64,000 bases of DNA, taken from NCBI GenBank assembly GCA_963725285.1, contig CAVRXT010000012.1:91265-155264 (forward strand), in the 5' to 3' direction. The translations under genes were made by a program, and so were the position numbers. Position 1 is the stretch's first letter. Each line of letters starts with the position of its first letter. Below the pieces are notes generated by a model, which saw only the letters and a program-made list of their open reading frames with translations, did not search any database and was not told the origin of the DNA. Of this stretch, positions 1 to 10,732 are shown piece after piece. The DNA is from an uncultured Acidobacteriota bacterium (GTDB taxonomy: Bacteria > Acidobacteriota > Terriglobia > Acidiferrales > UBA7541).

Positions 1-543
1 GATGAAAATCGTGGCCACCACGATCGCCAGCAATATCAGCGCCACCACGCCCATGGTGTCCGCCACCCTCTTGAACTTGTTGGGCAGATCGACGAAAAGC
101 GCGGCGATCGCCAGGGACGATGTCGCGATCACCAGGTCCACCAGCCGCTCTACCCCCACCGAACCCATTACCTTTCCGAATTTGATCTGCTCGGTGTCTG
201 CCAGCAGGTACGCCCGCAGCAGTTCGCCGGGCCGCAGCGGGAACACCAGGTTAGCAAACAGTCCGGCAAACACCGCGCGCGTCGAGCGGCCCAGCCGAAC
301 CGGACCAAACGGTGCCAGCAGGAATTTCCAGCGGATCGCCTGGATCACGTAGCTCAGTACGTCGAACCCAATGCCCAGCAATACCCATCTCCAATCGACA
401 TTCGAAACATCGTGAACCAGCCGTCCAAAGTGGATGTCGTGCAGAACCCAGACCAGGCAGACAAGGGACAAGCCATAACCGACCAGGCGGAGGAGCTTGG
501 CGGAATCGGCAACCGGAGCGACTTGAGTGGTAGTGGCGCTCAA
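1..543 (-). CDS. Lysylphosphatidylglycerol-synthase-TM-region-like (flippase-like, UPF0104) membrane protein. 3' end runs off the window. Probable TTG start at 543-541.
   Basis: Manual reverse-strand translation gives IILSATTTQVAPVADSAKLLRLVGYGLSLVCLVWVLHDIHFGRLVHDVSNVDWRWVLLGIGFDVLSYVIQAIRWKFLLAPFGP. The hydrophobic TM pattern and IRWKxLL motif fit the family. A TAA stop lies immediately upstream of the TTG. The gene is absent from the ORF track. Confidence 0.5.
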   Translation of the reverse strand, partial: MSATTTQVAPVADSAKLLRLVGYGLSLVCLVWVLHDIHFGRLVHDVSNVDWRWVLLGIGFDVLSYVIQAIRWKFLLAPFGPVRLGRSTRAVFAGLFANLVFPLRPGELLRAYLLADTEQIKFGKVMGSVGVERLVDLVIATSSLAIAALFVDLPNKFKRVADTMGVVALILLAIVVATIFI

Positions 544-943
544 AATAATTTACGAGCCTTCTCGCGCCAAGTCGTTAGGGATGCCGCGACGTATACAAAA
601 TCGGTAAACAATCACGCTCCCCTGAGAAAAGGCTAGCGAGCCGCGCTGGCGAATATACTCCCAGAGTACGCCCGTACCCGGCCTATGAGCCGAGGGAGTC
701 ACGCCAATGGTACCAACTGGGTACAGCCTACGATAACCCCGCCCGTCAAGCAATCCCAGGAAGTACGGATTTGGGAAACGTCGGGCGCTATTCGCCCTAG
801 GTAGTCCTATTACTAGAATGGGTCTACCTCTGGCAAAGTCCCCGAACGTGCGGGAACCTTCACCCGCTGAGCGGTGTCAATCTCCAGTGTGGCGGCACCA
901 CCGATGCCCTGCAGGTGTACTGTGTTCGGAGTGGAGGAATGGG

Positions 944-1717
944 ATGATCGCTCTGGAAGCACGCGGCCTGATGAAGGCGTATACCTCGGTCCCGGCGGTT
1001 AGCGATGTCTCCTTCTCCCTGAATTCCGGCGACGTCTTGGGCTGCCTCGGCCCTAACGGTTCGGGCAAGAGCACCACGGTGCGCATGCTTACCGGCCTGC
1101 TCGAACCCACTCGCGGCCAGGTGCTGTGCGGCGGCAAGAGCATTCAATCCAACCTCGTCGGCTACCGCGAGCGCCTGGGGTACGTCCCCGAAGACACCAA
1201 TCTCTATCCCTTTCTTTCCGGCTGGGAATATCTGGAGCTGGTGGGAACGCTGCGGGGGATGAATGCGGCGCTGCTTGCCAAGAAAATTGATGCCATGCTC
1301 GAACTCTTCTCGCTCTTCCCACATCGCCATTCCGCGATTGCGTCGTACTCCAAGGGCATGCGCCAGCGCATTCTGCTGATCGCCTCCTTCCTGCACGATC
1401 CCGACCTGCTGATCTTCGACGAGCCGCTTTCGGGCCTGGACGTAACGTCCGCGCTGATCGTCAAGAGCCTGATCAAAGGGCTGGGTGAGCGAGGCAAGGC
1501 GGTCTTTTATTGCTCGCATGTCCTGGAAGTGGTCGAAAAGGTCTGCTCCCACGTGATGATCCTGCGTAAAGGCCGCGTGCTGGCCTATGGTTCCACCACC
1601 GACCTGCAGCAGGCCTCCGGGCAATCGACGCTCGAGCATGCTTTCGTGCATTTGGTCGAGGACCGCGACGCGGTGCAAACCGCGCGCGACATCATCGACG
1701 TCATGGCCGCCGCTTGA
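944..1717 (+). CDS. ABC transporter ATP-binding protein
   Basis: Walker A GPNGSGKST, ABC signature YSKGMRQR and Walker B LLIFDEP. A GGAGG RBS sits 7 nt upstream of ATG 944. The stop overlaps the next start (ATGA). Confidence 0.85.
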   Translation: MIALEARGLMKAYTSVPAVSDVSFSLNSGDVLGCLGPNGSGKSTTVRMLTGLLEPTRGQVLCGGKSIQSNLVGYRERLGYVPEDTNLYPFLSGWEYLELVGTLRGMNAALLAKKIDAMLELFSLFPHRHSAIASYSKGMRQRILLIASFLHDPDLLIFDEPLSGLDVTSALIVKSLIKGLGERGKAVFYCSHVLEVVEKVCSHVMILRKGRVLAYGSTTDLQQASGQSTLEHAFVHLVEDRDAVQTARDIIDVMAAA

Positions 1718-3487
1718 CTCTCTACGCCACCCCGAAGCCGGCACGCCCGTGGGATACACTCCTGAAAAAGCCATTCGCTCGCCTGGTCCGCCATTGCCTC
1801 GACAGAATTTTCTACGGCGGCGATGCAGCGCAGGAAGACGAACTGGACCTGGGGATCGGCGTCGCGCTGGGACTGCTCGCGCTCCCCGGCGTCCTGGTTT
1901 CGTTCTTCCTGATCGATAAGTACGGATCGTTGTTTCAGGTGATTCTCGGCATCAAAGATTTCGACCCCTACGCCGCCTCCATGCCCGATGAGTATTTTTT
2001 CATCGCGCTTTCCCTGGTGGTCACCGCATCGGTAGCCATTTGGAAGTGGGACAGTCTGCTCCCGGACCGCCGCGATTACGCCAATCTCGCGCCGCTTCCC
2101 ATTCCCAACCGCACTTTTTTCTCGGCCAACCTGCTGGCCCTCGGGTTTCTGACCGCGATCATGTCCGTGGATGTGAACGCCGCATCGATCATAGCGTTCC
2201 CCCTGGTGGTCACCGGTTCGCGCTCGTCATTCACTTATTACGCGGTATTCCTCGTCGCCCACCTAACCAGCCTGTTGCTGGCCAGCCTGTTCAGTTTTCT
2301 GGTGGTGCTGGCCATCCTTGGGGTGTTGATGAGCATCCTGCCATATCGGCGTGTTCCGAAAATCCGGGTTGTATATTCGGTTCGCGATTGTCACCGTGCT
2401 GCTCGCGGTGCTTTCCACCAGCTTCGCGGTGCCGCCCCTGCTTCAGAAGCTTCCGGCACTCACCCATTCGCCGCTACGGTTTCTGCCTCCGGTGTGGTTT
2501 GTCGCCTTGAACCAATCGATGCTCGGACGCACCACTCCCGCGCTGGCCGGCTGGCCTCGGTTCGCGCTCGAAGCTACCGCCATCGCATTCGTAGTGGCGA
2601 TCGCTGCCTATGGTTTTAGCTATCGCCGATGTTTCACCCGCAGCGCCGAAACCATGGACAGCCTGCCCGCGGGCGGCGGTGTGTTTGTTTCTTGGATATT
2701 CCGGCTGCTCGACGGTCTGGTGTTCCGCACCCCATTCCAGCGCGCGGGGTTTCGCTTCACCATGAAGACCTTCGCGCGCAGTGACAGCCAGGCGTTGGTG
2801 CTGGGATGGTTCGCGGGGCTGGGAATCGTGGCCGCGTCGCAGACATTGTTTTTCGCACTCACCGACCGCGCTCGCGAAATCAATCACGTGCCATCCGCGG
2901 CCATTCTCAGCATTCCGCTCACTCTCGCCTACTTTCTGATTTTCGGTTTGCGCTGCGCGTTCGAAGTTCCCCTAGCGGTGCGCGCCAACTGGATGTTCCG
3001 CATGACCGTCGATCCCGACACGCACCAATGCGCGCCGCTGGCCCGAAAAATTATGCTTTTGTTTCTGCTTCCCGCGCTGATCCTGATTTGCTTCCCGGTA
3101 TACGCGCATTTCCGCGGCTGGGAACTGGCGCTGATTCACACCGCGATCGTTACCGCGATGTGCCTGCTGCTCATCGAAATCGTGCTGATGCGCTACCGTA
3201 AAATCCCATTCACCTGTGAGATGCCCTCGTTTAAGAGCCACTCGATCGCCGCGGTAGTGATTTTCATTCTGGGTTTCTTCGTCTTTTCCTCGCTCACCTC
3301 CACCGCCGAACAATGGGCCCTGGAAGATCCGTTCCGCTTCGTTCTGTTCATCCCGCTGGCGCCCGCAGCCGCGTACGCCATTTGGAAGTGGCGCCAGGGC
3401 ATGATTCACATGGACAAGAAAATTACCTTCGAAGACAGATTGGCGCCGGCGATAGAAGTCGCCATGAACCTAGATTTCGGCCGCTAG
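1714..3487 (+). pseudogene. ABC-transporter-associated multi-pass membrane permease (~590 aa), disrupted by an apparent +1 frameshift near 2350-2362
   Basis: Frame 1 (1714-2619) reads as a good membrane protein up to ...LMSILPYRRVPK and then decays into Arg/Ala-rich off-frame text. Frame 2 opens at 2333, is listed from GTG 2351, and continues as a membrane protein (...IRFAIVTVLLAVLSTSF...) to 3487. The gene is translationally coupled to the upstream ATPase. Confidence 0.5.
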
Positions 3488-3673
3488 CCGGCGGCGATCG
3501 GCGCAACCGCGTTCCACAAAAGCGGGGTGGGCGTCCTAGCCGCGGATTCGAAACTGTGGCACACTCGATCGTTAAGGCAGCTTCCACGGCATTGTTGCTA
3601 CCGACGCCCTCGAGCCCGCACCGGCCGGGTCGTCCCGTACCGGGGCGGTAGGCCAAGTACCCCTTGGAGACAG

Positions 3674-5488
3674 ATGGATCCGCGGTTCATCCGAAATTTC
3701 TGCATCATTGCTCACATCGACCACGGCAAGTCCACACTGGCAGACCGCCTGCTGGAGCTTACCGGCGCGCTTTCGCAGCGCGAGATGAGCGCGCAGGTGC
3801 TGGACTCCATGGATCTGGAGCGCGAGCGCGGGATCACCATCAAAGCCAAGAGCATTCGCCTGCACTACACCGCGCCGGACGGCCAAGAATACCGCCTGAA
3901 CCTGATCGATACACCCGGCCACGTGGATTTTTCCTACGAAGTTTCGCGGGCGCTCTCGGCGTGCGAAGGTGCGCTGCTGGTGGTGGACGCCAGCCAGGGC
4001 GTCGAAGCGCAGACGGTAGCCAACGCGTTTCTCGCCTCGCGCCATAACCTGAACATCATTCCGGTAATCAATAAAATCGATTTGCCGGCGGCGCGTCCCG
4101 ATCACGTCAAAGAACAAATTGAAACGGTGCTGGCGATTCCCGCCGATGATGCGGTGTGCATTAGCGCGAAGAGCGGTATCGGAGTCGCCGACGTTTTGAC
4201 CGCGGTGGTCGCGCGGGTGCCCGCTCCTACCGGTTCGTCCGATGCGCCGCTGCAGGCGCTTATCTTCGATTCCTGGTTTGACGCTTATCGCGGAGCGGTG
4301 GTGCTGGTGCGGGTGATGGCCGGAAAAATTACCCGGGGACTGAAAATCAAGTTGTGCGCTGGAAACGAAACTTACGAAGTGGAGAGCCTGGGGGTGCTGA
4401 CGCCCAAGCCGGTCGTGCTCGATGAACTCTCCGCGGGCGATGTTGGGTTCATCGTCGCGAATATCAAACGGGTGGCCGACGCGCGCATGGGCGACACGAT
4501 CGTGGAAGTTTCGCGCCCGGCACCAGCGTTGCCGGGGTTCGAGCCCACCAAGCCGATGGTCTTCGCGGGCCTATTTCCGGTGAATTCCAGCGACTACGAA
4601 GTGCTGCGCGATGCCTTGGGCAAACTGCAGCTCAACGACGCAGCGTTTTTCTACGAGCCGGAAAATTCGGTGGCGCTGGGCTTCGGGTTTCGCTGCGGAT
4701 TTCTGGGGCTGCTGCACATGGAAATCGTGCAGGAGCGGCTGGAGCGCGAGTTCAGCATCGCGCTGATTACCACTGCGCCCAGCGTGCAGTACCGCATTAC
4801 CACCATAACCGGGGATATCCTGGAAGTGGACAACCCAACCAAATTTCCGCCGCCCTCCTCGATTGAGGAAATCGAAGAACCGATTCTCACCGCGATGATC
4901 ATCACGTCGGATGAATCGTTGGGCGGAGTACTGGCGCTGTGCCAGGAAAAGCGCGGCATCCAGAAAAATTTCGAGTATCTTTCGCCCACCCGGGTGATGC
5001 TCACCTACGAACTGCCGCTCAACGAAATTGTGCTCGATTTTTACGACCGGCTGAAAAGCGTTTCGCGCGGGTATGCTTCCCTCGATTACCATCTCTCCGG
5101 ATATCGCCCGTCGGACCTGGTGAAGCTGGACGTGCTGGTGGCCGGCGAGCCGGTGGACGCCCTGACGCTGATCTGCCACCGCGATCAATCGTTCGAGCGC
5201 GGCAAAGAACTGGTTTCCATGCTCCGCAAACTGATTCCCCGACAGATGTTTGAGGTGCCGATCCAAGCGGCGATCGGCAGCCGGGTGATCGCGCGGGAAA
5301 CGATCAGCGCGATCCGCAAGAACGTGATCGCCAAGTGCTACGGCGGGGACATTTCGCGCAAGCGCAAACTCCTTGAAAAACAGAAAGAAGGGAAGAAGCG
5401 CATGAAGCGGGTGGGGTCCGTAGATATTCCGCAAGAAGCGTTCCTCGCGGTATTGAAAGTATCGAGCAGCTCCAGCACCGATGAATAG
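3674..5488 (+). CDS. lepA: Elongation factor 4 (LepA)
   Basis: GTP-binding motifs [17 protein letters not shown] and NKID. The C-terminal region is LepA-specific. A GGAGA RBS precedes ATG 3674, and the upstream extension to 3527 is Arg-rich. Confidence 0.9.
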   Translation: MDPRFIRNFCIIAHIDHGKSTLADRLLELTGALSQREMSAQVLDSMDLERERGITIKAKSIRLHYTAPDGQEYRLNLIDTPGHVDFSYEVSRALSACEGALLVVDASQGVEAQTVANAFLASRHNLNIIPVINKIDLPAARPDHVKEQIETVLAIPADDAVCISAKSGIGVADVLTAVVARVPAPTGSSDAPLQALIFDSWFDAYRGAVVLVRVMAGKITRGLKIKLCAGNETYEVESLGVLTPKPVVLDELSAGDVGFIVANIKRVADARMGDTIVEVSRPAPALPGFEPTKPMVFAGLFPVNSSDYEVLRDALGKLQLNDAAFFYEPENSVALGFGFRCGFLGLLHMEIVQERLEREFSIALITTAPSVQYRITTITGDILEVDNPTKFPPPSSIEEIEEPILTAMIITSDESLGGVLALCQEKRGIQKNFEYLSPTRVMLTYELPLNEIVLDFYDRLKSVSRGYASLDYHLSGYRPSDLVKLDVLVAGEPVDALTLICHRDQSFERGKELVSMLRKLIPRQMFEVPIQAAIGSRVIARETISAIRKNVIAKCYGGDISRKRKLLEKQKEGKKRMKRVGSVDIPQEAFLAVLKVSSSSSTDE

Positions 5489-5620
5489 TTTTCGGGTTGA
5501 AGTTGGTTGCTGCAGGGTCGTTGCGCCCACCCATCCCCCAAAACCGGCAAGAGTGGGGCACCCATCGGCAACACCGAAGGGAAAACGTCCACCGCCAACG
5601 GCTGAAGGCAGAGCTCGCGA

Positions 5621-6817
5621 TTAATTCAGGCGCTCGAATATTCCTGCGGCGCCCATGCCCCCGCCGACGCACATGGTCACCAAGCCGTAACGGCCGTTGC
5701 GGCGCTGGAGTTCGCGAAGGATGGTGGCGGTAAGCTTCGCGCCGGTACATCCCAAAGGATGGCCCAGCGCGATTCCCCCGCCGTTGGGATTCACTTTCAC
5801 CGGATCGAGCCCTGCGACTTTGATCACCGAAAGGGCCTGTGCGGCGAACGCCTCGTTCAACTCGATGACGTCGATCTGATCGAGGGTGAGCCCGGCGAGC
5901 TTCAGCGCCTTGGGAATGGCGTAGACCGGTCCGATTCCCATTTCTTCGGGTAAGCATCCGGCGGTCGCGAAGGAGACGAAGCGCAGCAACGGCTTTGCGT
6001 TCAACGCGCGCGCCCGCTCCGCGCTCATCACCACCGCGACCGCCGCGCCATCGCTCATCTGCGAACTGTTTCCAGCGGTGACCCTGCCATGCGCGTGGAA
6101 CGCGGGCTTGAGTTTGGCCAGCGCTTCGAGAGAAGTATCGGCGCGCGGGCCTTCGTCGGTATCGAAAGTCACTTTGGTGGTCTTGGCTTTAGCGGCGCTG
6201 CCGTTGGAGCCGTTCTCGACTTCGGTGAGCACCACTTCCACCGGCACCACTTCATCCTTGAAATTTCCGGCAGCGATGGCCGCCAAAGCTTTCTGATGGC
6301 TGGCCAGCGAAAATTGATCGGCTTGCTCGCGGGTGATCCCGTATTTCTTGGCCAGATTTTCCGCGGTGAGTCCCATGCCCAAATACGAATCGGGATAGTT
6401 TTCCATCAGCCAGGGATTCGGCGCCACCTTGTGCCCGCCCATGGGAACCATGCTCATGGATTCGGTGCCGCCGGCCAGCGCCACGTCGCCTTGTCCGGAC
6501 ATGATGCGCTGCGCCGCCAGGGCGATTGATTGCAGCCCAGAAGAACAAAACCGATTGATGGTCATGGCGGAAAGTTCGATCGGCAACTGGGCACGGAGAG
6601 AGGCGTTACGCGCCACGTTCATGCCTTGCTCGGCTTCCGGCATGGCGCAGCCGAGAATCACGTCTTCAATCTCTTTGGGATCGAGGCCGGGGACGCGCGC
6701 GATAGCTTCGCGAAACACAATCGCCGCCAGATCGTCAGGCCGGGTGGCGCGCAAGGTGCCCTTCGAGGCTTTTCCCACCGCGGTTCGCACCGCGCTTACG
6801 ATGACAGCATCTCTCAT
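5621..6817 (-). CDS. Acetyl-CoA C-acetyltransferase (thiolase II)
   Basis: 398 aa. Thiolase signatures include [12 protein letters not shown] (active Cys), NEAFAAQ, and the C-terminal [18 protein letters not shown]. Confidence 0.9.
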   Translation of the reverse strand: MRDAVIVSAVRTAVGKASKGTLRATRPDDLAAIVFREAIARVPGLDPKEIEDVILGCAMPEAEQGMNVARNASLRAQLPIELSAMTINRFCSSGLQSIALAAQRIMSGQGDVALAGGTESMSMVPMGGHKVAPNPWLMENYPDSYLGMGLTAENLAKKYGITREQADQFSLASHQKALAAIAAGNFKDEVVPVEVVLTEVENGSNGSAAKAKTTKVTFDTDEGPRADTSLEALAKLKPAFHAHGRVTAGNSSQMSDGAAVAVVMSAERARALNAKPLLRFVSFATAGCLPEEMGIGPVYAIPKALKLAGLTLDQIDVIELNEAFAAQALSVIKVAGLDPVKVNPNGGGIALGHPLGCTGAKLTATILRELQRRNGRYGLVTMCVGGGMGAAGIFERLN

Positions 6818-6947
6818 TTCTCACCTGCTTCAACGCGGAGCTGCTTGCCGCGAAAAAATCCACTAGCGATTAGATGCGTAAGCGCGGGAAAAGACCCAAC
6901 CGCTCATTGGGCAGTTGCTGCACTGCGACCGGGCGGCTACTGCGCCG

Positions 6948-7871
6948 CTACTCCGTCGACTGCGATGTCTTTCGCGGGATAAAAACTTTCGCCGGCGGCT
7001 CGATTTTGTTGACCTTCGAGAAATCGCGCTGGTTCTGCGCGAAGCCGATGCGCCCGCGCGAATCGACGTACAGTAGCGGCTGCCCCACGGCTACGTCCAT
7101 GAACGTTTTCGCGTAGGGCATCGGGAAGGGCTTGCCTTCGAGCTGCACGGTGACTTTGTCGCCGAGCGCGTATCCCAATTTCTTAAAATCGTCGCCCTGA
7201 ATATCGGTGATCAGGCTGCCATAGGGATCGTCCAGTCCGATCACCTGGCCGGTGATGCCCTTTTTCTCCACGGTGGCCACGCGCGGCGCCAAGCGGACCA
7301 GTTGCTTCACCTCCGGACCGGCCATGGTCCAGTCGGCCCCGGTAGACAAATGCGCCGCGGCCGGCGAGAAAATATCGCGTCCATGGAAAGTGGAGGAAAT
7401 TCCCGCGCCGATCATCCAGTCCGGATTGGTGACCTCGTGCACGCCCTCGATGCCGTCGCGATCCTCGATGGGGGTCATCAATCCGTTGTCCGGCAAGACA
7501 AAAAATTGCCCGGTTTTGGATTTCGCGATGATCGCTTTGCGCGAAGTGCCCACGCCGGGATCAACCACCACCAGGAAAATGGTCCCGGAAGGATAGTACG
7601 GCGTTACTCCGGCCAGGAATCGCGCGCCCTCTTCGATTGAAAAGGGAGTTACCTGGTGAGTGATGTCCATCAGCCGAACGTCCGGGGCGATACGGATGAT
7701 CACCGCGCGGCAGATGGCCACCGCGTCATTCGCGGTGCCGAAGTCGGTCATGAACACGATGGTTGGCCGGTTCGCTTCAGCGGCCTTCTGCGCGCTGTCG
7801 TTCGCAGCCTGCGGCGCACATCCGGCGCAAGCCAGCGCCACCACAACCAGCACCACGCCCATACTCAGCAT
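6948..7871 (-). CDS. SAM hydroxide adenosyltransferase family (DUF62/PF01887, fluorinase/chlorinase fold) lipoprotein
   Basis: Contains VFMTDFGTANDAVAICRAVIIRIAPDVRLMDITHQV, which is typical of the family. The N-terminal signal has a lipobox (LVVVALACAGCA). The start is uncertain: GTG 7910 is listed, and ATG 7871 or 7862 is more plausible. Confidence 0.65.
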   Translation of the reverse strand: MLSMGVVLVVVALACAGCAPQAANDSAQKAAEANRPTIVFMTDFGTANDAVAICRAVIIRIAPDVRLMDITHQVTPFSIEEGARFLAGVTPYYPSGTIFLVVVDPGVGTSRKAIIAKSKTGQFFVLPDNGLMTPIEDRDGIEGVHEVTNPDWMIGAGISSTFHGRDIFSPAAAHLSTGADWTMAGPEVKQLVRLAPRVATVEKKGITGQVIGLDDPYGSLITDIQGDDFKKLGYALGDKVTVQLEGKPFPMPYAKTFMDVAVGQPLLYVDSRGRIGFAQNQRDFSKVNKIEPPAKVFIPRKTSQSTE

Positions 7872-8198
7872 GCATGAGGTAAATGACTTATTCCTTCGGT
7901 ATGAGTGCACGACTCCTCCCTATTCCAAGCCGATTGCTGCCGCAGACCGTTCTGAAAGCCTGGCGCAACGCAATAACTAACCCCGTGGCCGCGAATTATA
8001 GCCGATGGCCGAGACGCCTCCAAGCTCGGTCACAGATGCGTGCAGTGCTATGGCGGTCTGTTGGGGGATTTGCGCTCGCGTTGAGAACGGGGTGGAGTTG
8101 GTGATCGAGGGCCGCGCAAACGAGAATGTCTGCCGCGCCGCGGCTGAGCTCGCGCTCGGAGCCTAGGGGATTTGCTGATGATTCGAATGGCGGGGATC

Positions 8199-8456
8199 TT
8201 AGATGTTGCGCCCGTGCACTGGCCGGGTGACCCGCTTTACGATGTCTGCGCTGCGCAAACTTAGCTGCGCCCGCTCGTCGGCCGCGCCACGAATCATTTC
8301 CAAAATGTTAGGCCAGTCCAGGCCTTTGTCGACCAACGCAAATTCGTCCGGATAGTTCCCGCCGTACGCCGCTTTCCAACCCGCTAGCGTGCCCAAGACC
8401 ACGGCCGCTTTCAGTTGGCCTTCGGTGAACGTCTTCTCCATAATTTTGGTCGCCAT
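8199..8456 (-). CDS. Hypothetical protein (85 aa)
   Basis: ATG start with a GAGAGGG RBS about 9 nt upstream. Codon usage is consistent with the host. No recognisable family. Confidence 0.35.
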   Translation of the reverse strand: MATKIMEKTFTEGQLKAAVVLGTLAGWKAAYGGNYPDEFALVDKGLDWPNILEMIRGAADERAQLSLRSADIVKRVTRPVHGRNI

Positions 8457-8677
8457 TGGAGTGAGCCCTCTCGACCCTAACCTAACAGCACCGCACTCCG
8501 CGCTGCCAATTACTCGCGCATGGGGATGCTTGATGCATAAACACGCGGGTCGCTGCGTCGGGCGTAGAGCACGGCGAGCGCAGCAGCAGCGCGCCGTTTT
8601 CGATTTGCTGGGCTTCCGTCGTTTGCCTTGTTAATTCCGCGGGTTTCTCTGATAATGATGAGCGATTCCACGTCTGT

Positions 8678-8752
8678 GGCGCTATGGTGCAACGGTTAGC
8701 ACGTGGCCCTTTCAAGGCCAAAATACGGGTTCGATTCCCGTTAGCGCTACCA
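8678..8752 (+). tRNA. tRNA-Glu (anticodon UUC)
   Basis: Manually folded as a 75-nt cloverleaf. The 7-bp acceptor stem is GGCGCTA/TAGCGCT with G1-U72. The D-stem is GTGC/GCAC, the anticodon stem TGGCC/GGCCA, and the loop CTTTCAA. The T-arm is ACGGG-TTCGATT-CCCGT, with discriminator A and an encoded CCA. Confidence 0.8.
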
Positions 8753-8876
8753 AACCTCTAAAAAGCCCAATAAAACTCGGCTGATTTGAAACTGTTGCCG
8801 GCACTGTTGCCCCCTGCGAAAAAACTGGGTATGTGAATCGCGGCTGCCTAGTATTATTCACAATGGAGACCTGCGG

Positions 8877-9320
8877 CATGGCGACGACGATCCGCCTGTA
8901 TCAACGCCTCGACTCGACGCAAGCCTACCGCCTGATTACGGTCAAGTATTCCCGCAACGGCTCGCCGATTGCCGACTCCCACGCGACCGCGTTTTACCTG
9001 CGCTACCGTCTAAACGGACGACGCATCTGCCTACCGGCAGGGAGTGACGTGAGCTTGAAGCCGACAACAAGCGGAAGCTGCTCGAAGCACGCTTGGCGAC
9101 CGGCGCACCGATTCCTACGACGCCTGAGGCAGCGACGACGGCGTTGGCGACAACCCGCGGATGCAAGGTCATCGCTACCGAAGCGACGGAGCATATCGAG
9201 CGCACGCGCAAGAGCACGAAGTACAAGACGTACCAGGACTACGAGGATGCCGTTGAAGATTTCGTCAGGATGCATCGCAACAGGGCTTGCCCTTCATCGC
9301 TTCCAATCCCTCACGGAAAA
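8877..9320 (+). pseudogene. Phage-type (P4-like) tyrosine integrase N-terminal Arm-binding fragment. It is frameshifted and lacks the catalytic domain.
   Basis: TAFYLRYRLNGRRICLPAGSDVS is followed in another frame by LEADNKRKLLEARLATGAP, resembling the DUF4102/Arm domain (GLYLRV...RYRxNGKR...SLAEAR). It lies immediately 3' of the tRNA. The 3' end is overlapped by the convergent CDF gene. Confidence 0.45.
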
Positions 9321-9885
9321 TGAACGGTAGCAGCGCCAACGCAGCCACCGGGTCTGCCCATTTCACTCCCCAAATCGCATTGACGGCAAGACCCGCCAAG
9401 GCAATCAGAGCCAGATAGCCGCAGACGGCAGACTCGCCAGCATCAGCTCTCAAGGCTGCGCTTGCAGTGGCTGCCGAGAGTTGGCGCTTTTGCTTCGCAA
9501 GCCAAGGCATGACCACCGCCGCAAGGATGAGCAGCACGATTCCGATGCGACTAGGGAGGGCTTCGACGTGTCCTAGCAGAGTCAGGACAGAAGCGAGGGC
9601 AACAAATGCAGCAAGAACATGGAGCAAGCCGCCTCCAATTCTGGCCGCTCGCCGCTCCGCACGGCCTCCGCCAGATGGCGAATGGAAGCGCCAGAGCACG
9701 ACTGCCGCCGAGAGAAGTTCGACCGCGCTGTCGCCGCCGAAGGCGAGAAGCGCCGGGCTGCGAGCCACCCATGCCGCTCCTAACGAAACTGTCGCCTCGA
9801 CGCTCATCCAGATTAGAGTTAGCGCCTGAATGCGAACTATGCGGCGTATAGTCTCGACCGGAAACGTCTTGAGCAATGCAGACAT
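9265..9885 (-). CDS. Cation diffusion facilitator (CzcD-like) transporter, TM domain only (206 aa)
   Basis: CDF TM signature LIWMSVEATVSLGAAW...GGDSAVELLSAAVVLWRF with six hydrophobic segments. No C-terminal cytoplasmic domain. Confidence 0.7.
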   Translation of the reverse strand: MSALLKTFPVETIRRIVRIQALTLIWMSVEATVSLGAAWVARSPALLAFGGDSAVELLSAAVVLWRFHSPSGGGRAERRAARIGGGLLHVLAAFVALASVLTLLGHVEALPSRIGIVLLILAAVVMPWLAKQKRQLSAATASAALRADAGESAVCGYLALIALAGLAVNAIWGVKWADPVAALALLPFIFREGLEAMKGKPCCDAS

Positions 9886-9901
9886 AGGAGCATTATGCTA
9901 G

Positions 9902-10309
9902 GTGATAGCCAGAAAAACGAGGTATTGTCCCATTCTTGCGGCGTCAGGTCTCGTGGAAGCCGTCCTATTCCTGCACTTGGTTTGGTGTGGCTGGGTTTTG
10001 CTCGGCTGGACTGCGACGCGCTGCCGCCCGCTTCTACGAGTGCTGCACATCACTTCTCTCATTTACGCCATCGTCATCGAATTGGCTCCTTGGCCTCCAT
10101 GTCCTCTCACCGTGATAGAAACGTGGCTTCAGGCACGCGCAGGTATCGAACCCGCGCATGGGCCGTTTCTGGTGCGTGTCCTCGATGCAGTTGTGTATCC
10201 CGACCTGCCGGAGTGGTTAGTCGTCGGCTGTGCGGTGTTAGTTTGCGTGGCAATCCTCTCGGCGTATGTGTGGCGCTATCATCGAAGGACTGTAAGCGGC
10301 CACTGGTGA
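9902..10309 (+). CDS. DUF2784-like small membrane protein
   Basis: Hydrophobic N-terminus, a CPLT motif and conserved Trp/Pro pattern (APWPPCPLTVIETWLQ). Lower GC codon usage. GTG start. Confidence 0.45.
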   Translation: MIARKTRYCPILAASGLVEAVLFLHLVWCGWVLLGWTATRCRPLLRVLHITSLIYAIVIELAPWPPCPLTVIETWLQARAGIEPAHGPFLVRVLDAVVYPDLPEWLVVGCAVLVCVAILSAYVWRYHRRTVSGHW

Positions 10310-10370
10310 CGGAAACCCGATGCTAAATAGCAGGAGAATGCTCGGCTTCGCGAAAGCCGGGCTGGTCTCT

Positions 10371-10637
10371 TCAATGGGTTATCGGTGCGTTCTTCGTGTA
10401 CCTGCCGAGGGGGAATTCCGCGAGACACGCCGCAACACTCACCACGAAGACAACCAGCAGGAAACGCCCCGGCTGTAATGGGACAATGTGGAATTCAGCG
10501 AGGACTAGGTAGACGGCTGCCAGAAAGAAGAATGGCCCCGTGATGTAGCAATGCAGCCGACCGCCGCGACCCGCATTCACGATGCAGCCAGCTCCTGCCA
10601 CGGCGAGCGCAGGAATCCAAAGCCAAACGCGACCCAT
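10371..10637 (-). CDS. Hypothetical small membrane protein (88 aa)
   Basis: Three hydrophobic stretches. No family assignment. Confidence 0.3.
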   Translation of the reverse strand: MGRVWLWIPALAVAGAGCIVNAGRGGRLHCYITGPFFFLAAVYLVLAEFHIVPLQPGRFLLVVFVVSVAACLAEFPLGRYTKNAPITH

Positions 10638-10732
10638 CGGCTAATAGTATCTGGCGACCAACATCACTGTTGGCAGACACCAATTCAGGCAAGCCCACGG
10701 GGCTGCAAACCGAATCCCGGCTCATGCAATTG

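Noticed and set aside
2-352. 116-aa + strand ORF at the window start
   Set aside because: It is antisense to a well-formed membrane-protein frame on the minus strand, and its composition (Ala/Thr/Ser/Arg) is typical of high-GC antisense artefacts.
550-753. 67-aa minus-strand ORF in the intergenic leader
   Set aside because: No RBS and low-complexity sequence in a non-coding-looking region.
1714-3487. Two-gene interpretation of the permease region (1714-2619 and 2351-3487 as separate overlapping genes)
   Set aside because: It would need a 270-bp out-of-frame overlap whose frame-1 translation is Arg/Ala-rich nonsense. A single frameshifted gene is more parsimonious.
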